Source of the DNA: an uncultured Planctomycetales bacterium | Lineage (GTDB): Bacteria; Omnitrophota; Gorgyraeia; Zapsychrales; JANLHA01 | Direction: 5' to 3' | Length of the DNA: 64,000 bases | Assembly: GCA_964450385.1 (NCBI GenBank) | Contig: CAYVEC010000007.1 | Span: 5,977-69,976 of the forward strand | Part shown: positions 8,877-18,108 of the stretch, piece by piece | Position numbering within the stretch: the stretch's first letter is position 1 | How the letters are laid out: each line of letters begins with the position of its first letter | Notes under the pieces: model-generated | What the model was told of the DNA's origin: nothing | What the model saw: only the letters and a program-made list of their open reading frames with translations | The model's database searches: none | Translations under genes and position numbers: made by a program

Positions 8877-9227
8877 ATGAGAAGGTTCAAGATCATGGTG
8901 TTGGCTGTGCTCATGATGGTCGGGTCTGTGATGACGGTATCTGCCCATCCGGCGCGCAATGTTCAATTGAGTTTTAATAAGGAGACCGGTGAACTCACGG
9001 TTGTCCTGACACATCCGGTGGTCGACCGGTCAGCGCATTACATTAAAACCATTGAGGTCCGGGTGAACAATCTTTTGGTCCATGTGAAGCCCCTGACGGG
9101 TCAGGAGAAAGAGGGCGGTCTCACCTATACAGTGAAACTGGATAATGTGGCGGTCGGGGCCGTGATTGAGGTCGCGACCGTCTGCTCGCGGAGCGGGAGT
9201 AGTCGTGACACGGTCTCGGTTGAATAA
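8877..9227 (+). CDS. Hypothetical small secreted protein
   Basis: Signal peptide MRRFKIMVLAVLMMVGSVMTVSA; beta-rich composition; no confident family. Confidence 0.4.
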   Translation: MRRFKIMVLAVLMMVGSVMTVSAHPARNVQLSFNKETGELTVVLTHPVVDRSAHYIKTIEVRVNNLLVHVKPLTGQEKEGGLTYTVKLDNVAVGAVIEVATVCSRSGSSRDTVSVE

Positions 9228-9272
9228 GGCGGGGTTAAATCACGGGGAAATCATTCTTTAGAGAGAGGGATT

Positions 9273-9587
9273 ATGCAGCTCGGCGAATATCAGCAAAAAT
9301 GTCTTAGGACATGGATGGGCGGGGAAAAATTGATCCGGTCGTTCTTGGGCGTGGCTGGCGAGTCCGGTGAGATGATGGAGTGCATGAAAAAACACCTGCG
9401 CGGGGATTTTGACCTTGAGGAGGTCAAACGACGGGCGTTTAAAGAGATCGGGGATACCCTGTATTATTTAGCGGTCTGTGCCCATGAGCTCGGTTTGAAT
9501 TTGGATGAGATCGCTGAGGCGAATATCGAAAAATTGGCCAAGCGCATGGCCGAGGGCAAGATCCGCGGCGATGGGGATAACCGCTAG
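9273..9587 (+). CDS. MazG-like nucleotide pyrophosphohydrolase domain protein
   Basis: E-x-x-E-x(n)-E-x-x-D pattern (GESGEMMEC...EIGDTLYYL...ANIEKLAKR) typical of the MazG/all-alpha NTP-PPase fold. Confidence 0.65.
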   Translation: MQLGEYQQKCLRTWMGGEKLIRSFLGVAGESGEMMECMKKHLRGDFDLEEVKRRAFKEIGDTLYYLAVCAHELGLNLDEIAEANIEKLAKRMAEGKIRGDGDNR

Positions 9588-9706
9588 GCCGGTTGTGCCT
9601 TATGGATGCCTGGTTGGTAGCGGGATCCTCGTAAGGAAAACCCGGGCCGTTCGACTACCGGTAGCGTGGTACAATTTTTATTACTTTTTTATCATAAGGA
9701 GGCTTT

Positions 9707-10237
9707 ATGCCGATCAATCCACTTAAATATGAAGAGGCGGGTGCCGCTCGTGAGATTTTTGATGAGATCAAGAAAAAGGCAGGCCGGGTGCCGAATATCT
9801 ATGCGGCCATGGCCCATTCGCCGGCTGCCTTAAAATCTTTCTTATCGTATAAAGAGGCCTTGTCAGGGGGCGAGCTCACGGCTCAAGAGGGCGAGGCTAT
9901 TGCCTTGGTCGTAGGTCAGGCGAATGACTGTGATTATTGTCTCGCCGCGCATACGGCGATCGCCCGGATGGCCGGGATCGACGCGGATGAGGCCCTGCAG
10001 CTCCGCCAGGGGGTTTCACCGGATGCGAAACGTTCTGCCCTGGTTCAACTTGCGCGCGAGATCGTGGTCTCGAAAGGCCGCCCGAAGAAAGAAGTGATAC
10101 AGGCCTTTCACGCGGCGGGTTACGGCGAGGCGGCCCTGGTTGAGGTGATCAGCCATGTGGCAGCGAATATTTTTACGAATTATTTCAATCATATTTCCGA
10201 GGTGGCGGTTGATTTTCCGGCAGCGCCTGCTTTATAA
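9707..10237 (+). CDS. Carboxymuconolactone decarboxylase / AhpD-like family protein
   Basis: CMD core motif ...ANDCDYCLAAHTA... (Cys-x-x-Cys-x-x-His). Confidence 0.75.
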   Translation: MPINPLKYEEAGAAREIFDEIKKKAGRVPNIYAAMAHSPAALKSFLSYKEALSGGELTAQEGEAIALVVGQANDCDYCLAAHTAIARMAGIDADEALQLRQGVSPDAKRSALVQLAREIVVSKGRPKKEVIQAFHAAGYGEAALVEVISHVAANIFTNYFNHISEVAVDFPAAPAL

Positions 10238-10374
10238 TTGATGACGCCCTTGTGTCTCGATAGGTTTTCTCACACAACGGAGTTTCTGTTTGGTCCGGAT
10301 CAGACAGAGAAAGATTGATTTTTTTAACCGTGGTATGGTAAAATATCACACCTTTTTGATTTATCACCTTTTTA

Positions 10375-11169
10375 ATGGGGCATCCGATGCCGTATTTTCG
10401 ACTTGGAAACAGCGACTGCTATTATGAGGTGCATGGGGAGGGGGAGCCGTTGCTCTATCTCCACGGTTGGAATGGGAACATGGGCGGGTTTCGGGAAAAC
10501 CTTGTCCCGGATTTGGCCAAGGGGTTTCAGTGTATCGCGGTTGATCTCCCTGGGTTTGGAAAATCGCAGCCCGCCGAGCTCTCGTTTGACAATCTTTCTC
10601 AGGGGGTTGATTCTCTGTTGGACCACCTCAAGATCAAGTCGGTGACCCTCCTCGGGTTTTGTATGGGCGGGGTGATCGCCCTGGATTATGCGATGCGTCA
10701 GCAGCGTCGGGTCAATAAGCTTGTCCTCATTGAGACGTATGCGGACTTTCCGTGGTTTTTAGCGCCGCTCTTGTCGAAAAAATACGGGCATCGGATCTTT
10801 GAATTCGCCCTGCGCCACCCGTTAGGGGTCTTTCTGGTGAAGAAGTATCTCCTCATGCGCGACACTTTGTATCGAGATGATTTTTTTAAGACCTTTCAGC
10901 TCGCCAATCCGAAGATATCGCTTGAGTATATCCGGATGCTCTGGCGTTATGCCCAGGAGGATCACTTTGAGCGGATGCGGCAGATGAACCTGAAGACCCT
11001 GCTCCTGTTTGGGCAGGAAACGCATCAAGGGGTAAAACGATCCATCGCCAAAATTCAGCGCCATATCCGAGGCAGCCGGATCGAGGCGCTCGACAATGCC
11101 GGCCATTTTCCGATCGAGGAGAATGGGGCCCGGGTCCTTGAGAAGCTCCGTCAGTTTTTGTCCCAATAA
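10375..11169 (+). CDS. Alpha/beta-fold hydrolase
   Basis: HGWNGN oxyanion region and nucleophile elbow GFCMGG; length ~264 aa. Confidence 0.75.
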   Translation: MGHPMPYFRLGNSDCYYEVHGEGEPLLYLHGWNGNMGGFRENLVPDLAKGFQCIAVDLPGFGKSQPAELSFDNLSQGVDSLLDHLKIKSVTLLGFCMGGVIALDYAMRQQRRVNKLVLIETYADFPWFLAPLLSKKYGHRIFEFALRHPLGVFLVKKYLLMRDTLYRDDFFKTFQLANPKISLEYIRMLWRYAQEDHFERMRQMNLKTLLLFGQETHQGVKRSIAKIQRHIRGSRIEALDNAGHFPIEENGARVLEKLRQFLSQ

Positions 11170-11282
11170 GAGCACGGTTTCCATTCGGCCTTCCGTCATG
11201 AATACTATTTGTATATATTTTTATTTTTTACTACAATACTCCCTTGGATTGTTCCGTATGACTCCTACGAAGGGAAGGGCGT

Positions 11283-13979
11283 ATGTCAGCTCAACGGCCG
11301 TTTGTGACGTTCTGTGAGGATGGGGTGAGCTTTCATTCGAGGCGCGCGGCCTCGATGCGGACCCTGTATTTCCCGCTTGCCGGGGCTGACGCAGCCTCGA
11401 TGAAATCCGCGGTGACCCCTTTTTTAAGCGGGGATATCAAGGTCGATAAATCCAAATATATAACGAAGCCGATGTCACGCGAAGATCTCCGCAACTCGGT
11501 CCGGAATTTTTTTGTTCGGACGCGGGGGGGCGAGGTCTTTTCATTGACGGAACGTGAGTCGGAGGACGCAGCCGAGGTCACGATCGGCCAGCTCTGGCAG
11601 ACCCTTACAAATACGAGTGCGCGCTTGGGGATTGAGCTTGAGTCGACGCATTTTGTGCCGGTCACCGGCGAGACCGTTGAGGTAATGTGTGTTAAAGTGA
11701 CAAACACCTCACGAAAACGGCAGCGGGTCGTGCCCATGGCTGTCGTGCCGATCTTCGGCCGGTCACTCGTGAACAAACACGATCATGAGCACGTCACCTC
11801 GCTCCTCCACCGGGTTCGCCAGGTTCCGGAAGGGGTGGTTGTCGCGCCAACGATGGCGTTTAATGAGGAGGGTCACCAGGAGATCGGGACGGTGTATTTT
11901 GTCCTCGGTGCTGAGGGCAACGGTGCGGTGCCAGCGGGGTCGTTTCCCACGGTGGACCAATTCCTGGGGGACGGGTCCACGCTTGAAGCGCCGGCGGCGG
12001 TGGTGTCCGGGGAACCGCGAAGGTATCCGCGGTCTGAGACGGATGGCCGCGAGGCGGTGGGGGCCCTTGTTTTTGGCGAGGTGGATCTCGCGCCTGGGGA
12101 GACGCGCGTTTACATCGTTGTGATCGGCGTGGCGGAATCTGAAGAGGCAGGGCGGGCGGCTTACGCCCGGTTTTCAAACGCGGCCCGGTGCGAGGCAGCG
12201 TTCGATGAGGTCAAAACGTTTTGGGCCGGAAAATCCGGCGCGATCGCGGTCTCGACCGCTGATCCTGAATTCGACGCCTGGATGCGGTGGGTCACGATCC
12301 AGCCGGTTCTCCGGCGGATTTTTGGATGTTCCTTCTTGCCGGACCATGATTATGGCAAAGGCGGCAAGGGATGGCGTGATCTCTGGCAGGACCTTCTTTC
12401 CTTGATCCTTATTGAGCCTGAGACGGTACGCGGGACATTAGTTGATCACATCGGCGGTGTCCGGATCGACGGGTCGCACGCGACGATCATCGGCACGGGC
12501 CGGGGTGAATTTATCGCGGACCGTAATGCGATCACCCGGGTCTGGATGGACCACGGGGCGTGGCCCTGGCTCACGCTCTCGCTGTATATGGAGCAGACCG
12601 GAGACCTTGACATTTTATGGACTACGAACAGCTATTTTCGCGATGTCCAGTTGTCCCGGGCCCAGCGCAAAGATGCGGGGTGGTCACTGACGGAGGGTAC
12701 CCGGCTCTGTGATCGTGCCGGCCGGGTGTATGAGGGCACCGTCCTGGAGCACATCCTTGTGGAGCACCTCGTCCAATTCTTTAATGTTGGAGAACACAAT
12801 CTCATTCGGCTTGAGAACGCGGATTGGAACGACGGCTTGGACATGGCCGCCGACCGAGGCGAGAGCGTGGCCTTTAGCTCATTTTATGCCGGCAACATGC
12901 GTTCGATTGCTGACACGTTGGAATATCTTCAACAGGAGCGCGGGATCGAGGAGATCGAGATTCTCGAGGAGATCACGCTTTTGATGGGTGCGGGGGACTA
13001 TGATGATCCTGCGGCGAAACGCAGGCGTCTCTACGAGCGATATTTCCCTTCGGTCCAGCCGGCCGTCAGCGGGCACAAGCGGCGTGTTCCTGTCTCTGAG
13101 ATCATCGCGGACTTGCGGGCAAAGGCGGCGTGGCTTGAGGGGCAGATCCGGCGCCAGGAATGGATCACCGCCGAGGCCGGGGGCAAGCGGTATGCGTGGT
13201 TCAACGGGTATTATGATAATCGGGGGGAGCGGGTCGAGGGGCAGCGCGGCGACCGCGTCCGCATGACCCTGACGGGTCAGGTCTTCCCGATCATGCATGG
13301 GGTCGCGGACACGGCGGCGGTCGCTGAAACCGTGCGCAGCGTTGATGCCTTTTTAAAAGACCCGGTCCATGGCGGGCATCGTTTGAATACGGATTTTGGC
13401 CTGCGCAATTATCTTGATCTGGGCCGGGCCTTTAGTTTTGCCTACGGGACTAAGGAGAACGGGGCGGTCTTCAGCCATATGGCGACGATGTATGCCTTTG
13501 CCTTGTATCAGCGCGGATTTGTGGAGGCCGGTTATGAGGCGGCCCTCGCGTTATACCGCATGGCGATGAATACGGAGGTCAGCAAGATCTATCCGAACAT
13601 CCCGGAATATTTTGATGCCCAGGGCCGGGGGATGTACTGTTATCTCACCGGGTCCGCGAGCTGGTACGCCCTTCTCGTCTTGACGCAGATGTTTGGGGTG
13701 AGGGGTCAGAAAGGGGACCTCATAATCTCGCCGAAATTGCGCGCCGCTCAATTTGACCCGAAGACCCGGGAGGCCAGGGTCCGGTGTCTGTTTGCCGGTC
13801 GGGGCCTTGAGGTCACGATCAAAAATCCCCGTGGCCTGGATTATGGGGGCTATAAGATCAACGACGTGACCCTGAACGGCCGGGCGGTCGCGGCCGAGCT
13901 GAGCACCGACGGGGCAGTGATCCCCCGGGCATGGATCGCGGCGGAAGAGACCTGTCGGATCGTCGTGGTCTTAGGATAG
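11283..13979 (+). CDS. Large (alpha/alpha)6-barrel glycoside phosphorylase/hydrolase-like protein (GH94-like; Pfam Glyco_hydro_36-type DWNDG motif)
   Basis: 898 aa; motif ENADWNDGLDMA resembles the catalytic-acid region of GH94 phosphorylases; family assignment tentative. Confidence 0.5.
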   Translation: MSAQRPFVTFCEDGVSFHSRRAASMRTLYFPLAGADAASMKSAVTPFLSGDIKVDKSKYITKPMSREDLRNSVRNFFVRTRGGEVFSLTERESEDAAEVTIGQLWQTLTNTSARLGIELESTHFVPVTGETVEVMCVKVTNTSRKRQRVVPMAVVPIFGRSLVNKHDHEHVTSLLHRVRQVPEGVVVAPTMAFNEEGHQEIGTVYFVLGAEGNGAVPAGSFPTVDQFLGDGSTLEAPAAVVSGEPRRYPRSETDGREAVGALVFGEVDLAPGETRVYIVVIGVAESEEAGRAAYARFSNAARCEAAFDEVKTFWAGKSGAIAVSTADPEFDAWMRWVTIQPVLRRIFGCSFLPDHDYGKGGKGWRDLWQDLLSLILIEPETVRGTLVDHIGGVRIDGSHATIIGTGRGEFIADRNAITRVWMDHGAWPWLTLSLYMEQTGDLDILWTTNSYFRDVQLSRAQRKDAGWSLTEGTRLCDRAGRVYEGTVLEHILVEHLVQFFNVGEHNLIRLENADWNDGLDMAADRGESVAFSSFYAGNMRSIADTLEYLQQERGIEEIEILEEITLLMGAGDYDDPAAKRRRLYERYFPSVQPAVSGHKRRVPVSEIIADLRAKAAWLEGQIRRQEWITAEAGGKRYAWFNGYYDNRGERVEGQRGDRVRMTLTGQVFPIMHGVADTAAVAETVRSVDAFLKDPVHGGHRLNTDFGLRNYLDLGRAFSFAYGTKENGAVFSHMATMYAFALYQRGFVEAGYEAALALYRMAMNTEVSKIYPNIPEYFDAQGRGMYCYLTGSASWYALLVLTQMFGVRGQKGDLIISPKLRAAQFDPKTREARVRCLFAGRGLEVTIKNPRGLDYGGYKINDVTLNGRAVAAELSTDGAVIPRAWIAAEETCRIVVVLG

Positions 13980-13997
13980 ACACGGAAAGGCGACCAG

Positions 13998-14867
13998 ATG
14001 ATTAATCCACAGACACACCGAGCCGTGCTTGACGCGCAGAAGGCGGAGATCACCGAACACCTGATCTATCGATCACTTGCCCGGTCGATTTCGAATGAGC
14101 GGAATCGAGCCCTTGTGAGCCAGATCGCCGATGATGAATTGCGGCATTATCATTTTTATAAAGCGTTTAGCGGTGTTGATGTGTATCCGGACCGGATCAA
14201 GGTGTTGTTCTATGTTCTCTTGGCCAGGGTTCTGGGATTAAATTTTACCCTCAAGCTCATGGAGCAGGGCGAGGATCTTGCCCAGGAGCATTATCGCCAG
14301 CTTGTAGCCGTGGACCCCGGGGTCCGTGACATTGTGGCCGATGAAGAGCGTCATGAGGCGGAACTCCTCGCGATGATCGATGAAGAGCGGATGCGTTACA
14401 CCGGTTCTGTCATCCTCGGCCTGAATGACGCCCTTGTCGAGCTTACCGGGGCCCTGGCCGGGTTTACCCTGGCGCTTCAGGAGACCCGGCTCATTGCGGC
14501 CTCAGGTCTCATCATTGGAGTGGCCGCCTCTCTCTCGATGGCGGCGTCGGAATATCTCTCGACCAAGGATGAGGCCGACGGCCGGGATCCCCTGCGGGCG
14601 AGCCTTTATACCGGGACGGCCTATGTGGGGGTGGTCACCGTGCTTGTTGCGCCGTATTTTATTTTTACCCAGGTCTTTGTCTGTCTCGGCGTGACCCTGG
14701 CCGTAGCGATGACGGTCATCGCGGTTTTTAATTATTACGTGGCCGTGGCCAAGGGATTGAATTTCAGAAGGAAATTTATCGAGATGCTCGCGATCAGCCT
14801 TGGTGTTGCGGCGGTGAATTTCGGCGTCGGGTTCGCGGTGAAGCACGGGCTTAATATCGATATTTGA
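13998..14867 (+). CDS. mbfA: Membrane-bound ferritin-like (erythrin)::VIT1/CCC1 iron transporter fusion, MbfA-type
   Basis: N-terminal ferritin/rubrerythrin-like E-x-x-H diiron motifs (DDELRHY...ADEERHEAE) followed by 5 TM helices of VIT1 type. Confidence 0.75.
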   Translation: MINPQTHRAVLDAQKAEITEHLIYRSLARSISNERNRALVSQIADDELRHYHFYKAFSGVDVYPDRIKVLFYVLLARVLGLNFTLKLMEQGEDLAQEHYRQLVAVDPGVRDIVADEERHEAELLAMIDEERMRYTGSVILGLNDALVELTGALAGFTLALQETRLIAASGLIIGVAASLSMAASEYLSTKDEADGRDPLRASLYTGTAYVGVVTVLVAPYFIFTQVFVCLGVTLAVAMTVIAVFNYYVAVAKGLNFRRKFIEMLAISLGVAAVNFGVGFAVKHGLNIDI

Positions 14868-14888
14868 TGGAGGTGACGGGGGGCGGGG

Positions 14889-15119
14889 ATGGCGTTTTAT
14901 CGGTATTATTGCGAACAGAATGGCCGGGAGATCGAGGTCGCGCATCCCATGACCGGGCGGCTGAAGACCTGGGGGGAGGTCTGCGCCTGTGCCGGGTGCG
15001 CGGTCGGAACGACGCCTCCGGAGGCCCCGGTGGTGCGGTTGATTAGCGCGCCGCTCGCGGTCCGATGGCGTCTTCGCGGCCTTGATGCGGATGCCCCGTC
15101 GACGAAATTGGACGTGTAG
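14889..15119 (+). CDS. FmdB-family zinc-ribbon protein (degenerate first Cys pair)
   Basis: Y-R-Y-Y-C-E...C-A-C-A-G-C...RLISAP resembles FmdB (YEYRCEKCG...CPECGG...RLISAP), but the first CxxC is CEQN. Confidence 0.4.
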   Translation: MAFYRYYCEQNGREIEVAHPMTGRLKTWGEVCACAGCAVGTTPPEAPVVRLISAPLAVRWRLRGLDADAPSTKLDV

Positions 15120-15132
15120 CGAAGGATGTGAC

Positions 15133-16065
15133 ATGCCTGCCTATGTGTTAGATCAAAAGATCATTATTGGGATCAGTGCCTGCTGTTTTGGCGCGCCGAC
15201 GCGGTGGAACCATCGCGGGTGGGACCGATTGGCGTGTCTCGGACGCGAGGCCCATGACTATCGTTGGCTGCCGGTGTGCCCTGAGGTCGCGGCGGGCCTT
15301 GGCGTGCCCCGCGACCCGGTCCGTCTCGTAAGCGGGAATGGAGATGATTTTTGGCAGGGCCGGGCCCGCGTGAAGAATCGACGCGGCCAGGATGTCTCTG
15401 CCCTGGTCCGGGCGGCCTGTGAGGAGACAGTCGGCATGCTCCGTCGGTCCGGGGCCGATGCCTGTGTCTTTATGGAAGGGAGCCCGAGCTGCGGGGTGTA
15501 TCGGACGACCCTGAAGGAGCACCGGCTGGGCAAGTCGCCCGGGGTCTTTGGCAGCCGGATCCTCGGCGAAGATCTTTTTTTGATCCCAGCCGCGGACCTC
15601 GAGAGCCCGTGGAAATGGTGGGACTGGTCGCGCCGGCTCCACGCCTTTGTCTGGCTGAAACGTCATCCGATCCGAGGGGCGGCGGATCTTTATGATGTGT
15701 GGCATATCTTAAAATTCATGTGCCAGGAAATCCATGAGGTCGAGGCCCGGGTCTTGGGCGTGCTCATGGCCGCGGGTTTCAAGCGGGCGTCCTCCGCCGA
15801 GATCGAACGGATGCGGGGGCAGATCTTGCGATTGCTCCGCCGGCCGGTCCCGCTTGCGCGGATCCAGGCCATGGCCGCGAAACATTATGCGTATTACCGC
15901 AAGCGCCGCGGGGTGAACGTCCTGGACCTTGAGGCTCCGGACAGCCAGAGGGCCAAGCGGGATTTTGTCGAGCAGCTCCGGCGTTTGGAGGCGCGGGTCG
16001 CGGCCCAGGCGGATCATTTTTCGGGCCGGCCGGTCGTGTACCGCCCGAGCCGCTCGCGATCCTGA
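15133..16065 (+). CDS. DUF523 (TudS-like [4Fe-4S] thiouracil desulfidase family)::DUF1722 fusion protein
   Basis: N-terminal IGISACCFG...C...C pattern of DUF523/YbbK; C-terminal helical DUF1722-like region; 311 aa. Confidence 0.65.
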   Translation: MPAYVLDQKIIIGISACCFGAPTRWNHRGWDRLACLGREAHDYRWLPVCPEVAAGLGVPRDPVRLVSGNGDDFWQGRARVKNRRGQDVSALVRAACEETVGMLRRSGADACVFMEGSPSCGVYRTTLKEHRLGKSPGVFGSRILGEDLFLIPAADLESPWKWWDWSRRLHAFVWLKRHPIRGAADLYDVWHILKFMCQEIHEVEARVLGVLMAAGFKRASSAEIERMRGQILRLLRRPVPLARIQAMAAKHYAYYRKRRGVNVLDLEAPDSQRAKRDFVEQLRRLEARVAAQADHFSGRPVVYRPSRSRS

Positions 16066-16119
16066 CCTGGTGAAAAGGTGTTGGCGCCCGAACGGCTTTT
16101 GTTTTATACTATCGGGGTG

Positions 16120-16518
16120 ATGACCATGAAACGGATAACAAGCGTCGTTGCAATAATCGGCCTTGCTGTTTTTTTGTCGTCGGGGTGCGCTCGGCACATC
16201 GCGCGCCATCCGTCTCTTGCCGTGAATGGGGGGTCTCTCTTGAACACGCGTTCCGATGAGGATCTCGGCGATGCCGTGACCGCCTTGGAGTCGGTGGCCG
16301 GCGGAATCTCCGCGCGTCCGGTCCGCCGAGAACAGCTTGTCGAGACCGTTAAGACCCTTCAGACGGATCCCGAGGCCATGTCGGCGATCCGGACGATCTC
16401 GGGCTCGTTTGACCCGACCGCGGTCACGATCAAATATTCACCCGTGACAGGCAAACGCTACAGCGCTGACCTGGAGTTCGACCCGGAGACCGGGGCGCGT
16501 CTCCTGCCGCTCGAGTAG
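16120..16518 (+). CDS. Hypothetical lipoprotein
   Basis: Signal peptide with lipobox LSSGC. Confidence 0.5.
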   Translation: MTMKRITSVVAIIGLAVFLSSGCARHIARHPSLAVNGGSLLNTRSDEDLGDAVTALESVAGGISARPVRREQLVETVKTLQTDPEAMSAIRTISGSFDPTAVTIKYSPVTGKRYSADLEFDPETGARLLPLE

Positions 16519-16532
16519 GGACAGGGAGGGAT

Positions 16533-17087
16533 ATGGAACAAAATCTGATCGTCAAGCTCCTGCTCGTTCTTTTGATCGTGTTTGCTGTTCGAACCGTCGT
16601 GGAGAAGCTCTATGACCCGAGCGTGTATAACGGTCCGTGGTATCGAGTGCGTATTCCAGAAGGCTGGGAGAAAGAGCAGCTTGATGATGAGGTGCGGTTT
16701 TCCAGCCCCGAGACCGATGACCTGTACCTGTCGCCTCAGGCCGTTTTTTCGATCTATGGGACGAAGTCCGAGGGGGCGCTCTTCGCCGAGGATTTTTTTC
16801 CCGAGGTCCTGGCCCAGCTCGCCCAGGTTCCTGGACAGCTCCTTGATCAGGGACAGCTCAAGGTCGGCGGTTACGTGAGTTACTGGACCCTCTTTCGAAA
16901 CGCGGATCCTGATTATGTCCTTTTGACCTTCTATGTAATCGATGATTTCAATCGCCTCACGAAGATTCAGTATATTACCCGTCCTGAATATTTTCCCAAA
17001 TACCGTTCCGCCTTTGACGCGTTTAGAGATAGTTTTATCTTTAAAGGTCTGGGCCGTATGCCAGGGATTGAGTCGACGTCGTTTTAG
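16533..17087 (+). CDS. Hypothetical membrane-anchored protein
   Basis: N-terminal TM LIVKLLLVLLIVFAV; the opposite-strand ORF 16458-17108 looks less protein-like. Confidence 0.45.
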   Translation: MEQNLIVKLLLVLLIVFAVRTVVEKLYDPSVYNGPWYRVRIPEGWEKEQLDDEVRFSSPETDDLYLSPQAVFSIYGTKSEGALFAEDFFPEVLAQLAQVPGQLLDQGQLKVGGYVSYWTLFRNADPDYVLLTFYVIDDFNRLTKIQYITRPEYFPKYRSAFDAFRDSFIFKGLGRMPGIESTSF

Positions 17088-17410
17088 GCAGTGGGGCGCT
17101 GCCCCCATAAAGGTTCACGAAAAGTTTTCATTCTGTTCTCTCCGCGTTAACACGGGGACCGTATCATCAAATGGGTTGTCAGGTGCGCAGAGGAGGACAG
17201 GATGAGACATGATGCGATTCAGGTCAGAAGGGGATGCCGGGTTGAGGGATCGTTGAAGCAGGGTCGGCGGACAGGTCGGTCGGCGCTGACTGCTTCGGTG
17301 GGGAGCGGCATCTTTCGTGAGGGGCGTAGTAGCGAGGGGTCACGGATAGCGAGCCGGCGGTTTCAGCAGCGGCGGTTTATTTTTGTGTAGCGGAACTAGC
17401 GGAGGCAGGG

Positions 17411-18100
17411 GTGGAGGTCAAACGCGCGCTTATTGTCGAGGATGATGCGAATATCGCCCGGCTGATCAAATATAATATTGAGCGGGAGGGTTTTCGTGCG
17501 GAGCATGTGATCACGGGTGAAGAGGCGATCAAGCGGCTGGCCCACGAGGCTGTGGATATCGTTGTCCTGGATGTGATGCTTCCGAAGATGGATGGGTTCG
17601 AGACCTGTCGCCGGATCCGGAAGATGCCGGAGGCTGCCGACGTTCGGGTGATCATGCTGACGGCGAAAGGCGAGGAGATCGACCGCATCGTTGGGCTTGA
17701 ACTTGGGGCCGATGATTATATGGTCAAACCCTTCAGCCCACGCGAGCTTGTCTTACGCATGAAGGCCGTCTTGAAGCGCCATGAACCCGAGGGGAACAAG
17801 AAAGATATTTTGACCGTCGGGGCGATCACCCTTAATGTCCCGCGGCATACGGTTCATGCGCATGAGCGGGAGGTCTCGTTATCGCCGATGGAATTCAAGC
17901 TTCTCGAGGTCCTCATGCGGCGTCAAGGCAGGGTTCAGACCCGGGAGACCCTTCTTGATGATGTCTGGGGGATCTCGGCGGAGGTGACGACCCGCACCGT
18001 GGATACCCACGTGAAGCTGCTCCGTCAAAAATTGGGCCGAGCCGCCGCGTTGATCGAAACAGTTCGCGGACTTGGATATAAGATCAGGGATGAGGATTAA
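17411..18100 (+). CDS. phoB: OmpR/PhoB-family response regulator (phosphate regulon)
   Basis: REC domain (D-D...D...K) plus winged-helix trans_reg_C; immediately upstream of a PhoR-like kinase and the pst operon. Confidence 0.85.
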   Translation: MEVKRALIVEDDANIARLIKYNIEREGFRAEHVITGEEAIKRLAHEAVDIVVLDVMLPKMDGFETCRRIRKMPEAADVRVIMLTAKGEEIDRIVGLELGADDYMVKPFSPRELVLRMKAVLKRHEPEGNKKDILTVGAITLNVPRHTVHAHEREVSLSPMEFKLLEVLMRRQGRVQTRETLLDDVWGISAEVTTRTVDTHVKLLRQKLGRAAALIETVRGLGYKIRDED

Positions 18101-18108
18101 CACGTCGC

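Noticed and set aside
9588-9706. Possible tRNA-like or structured element downstream of the MazG-like gene (GGTTGGTAGCGGGATCC...GTTCGACTACCGGTAGCG)
   Set aside because: No acceptor-stem complementarity and no D/anticodon/T-arm cloverleaf can be drawn. I see only a short palindrome (CTACCGGTAG) and a direct GGTAGCG repeat. It is probably terminator or promoter spacer sequence.
17202-17390. A 62-aa ORF in the G-rich leader upstream of phoB
   Set aside because: The predicted product is Arg/Gly-rich with no RBS. It is better explained as non-coding G-rich sequence (see finding).
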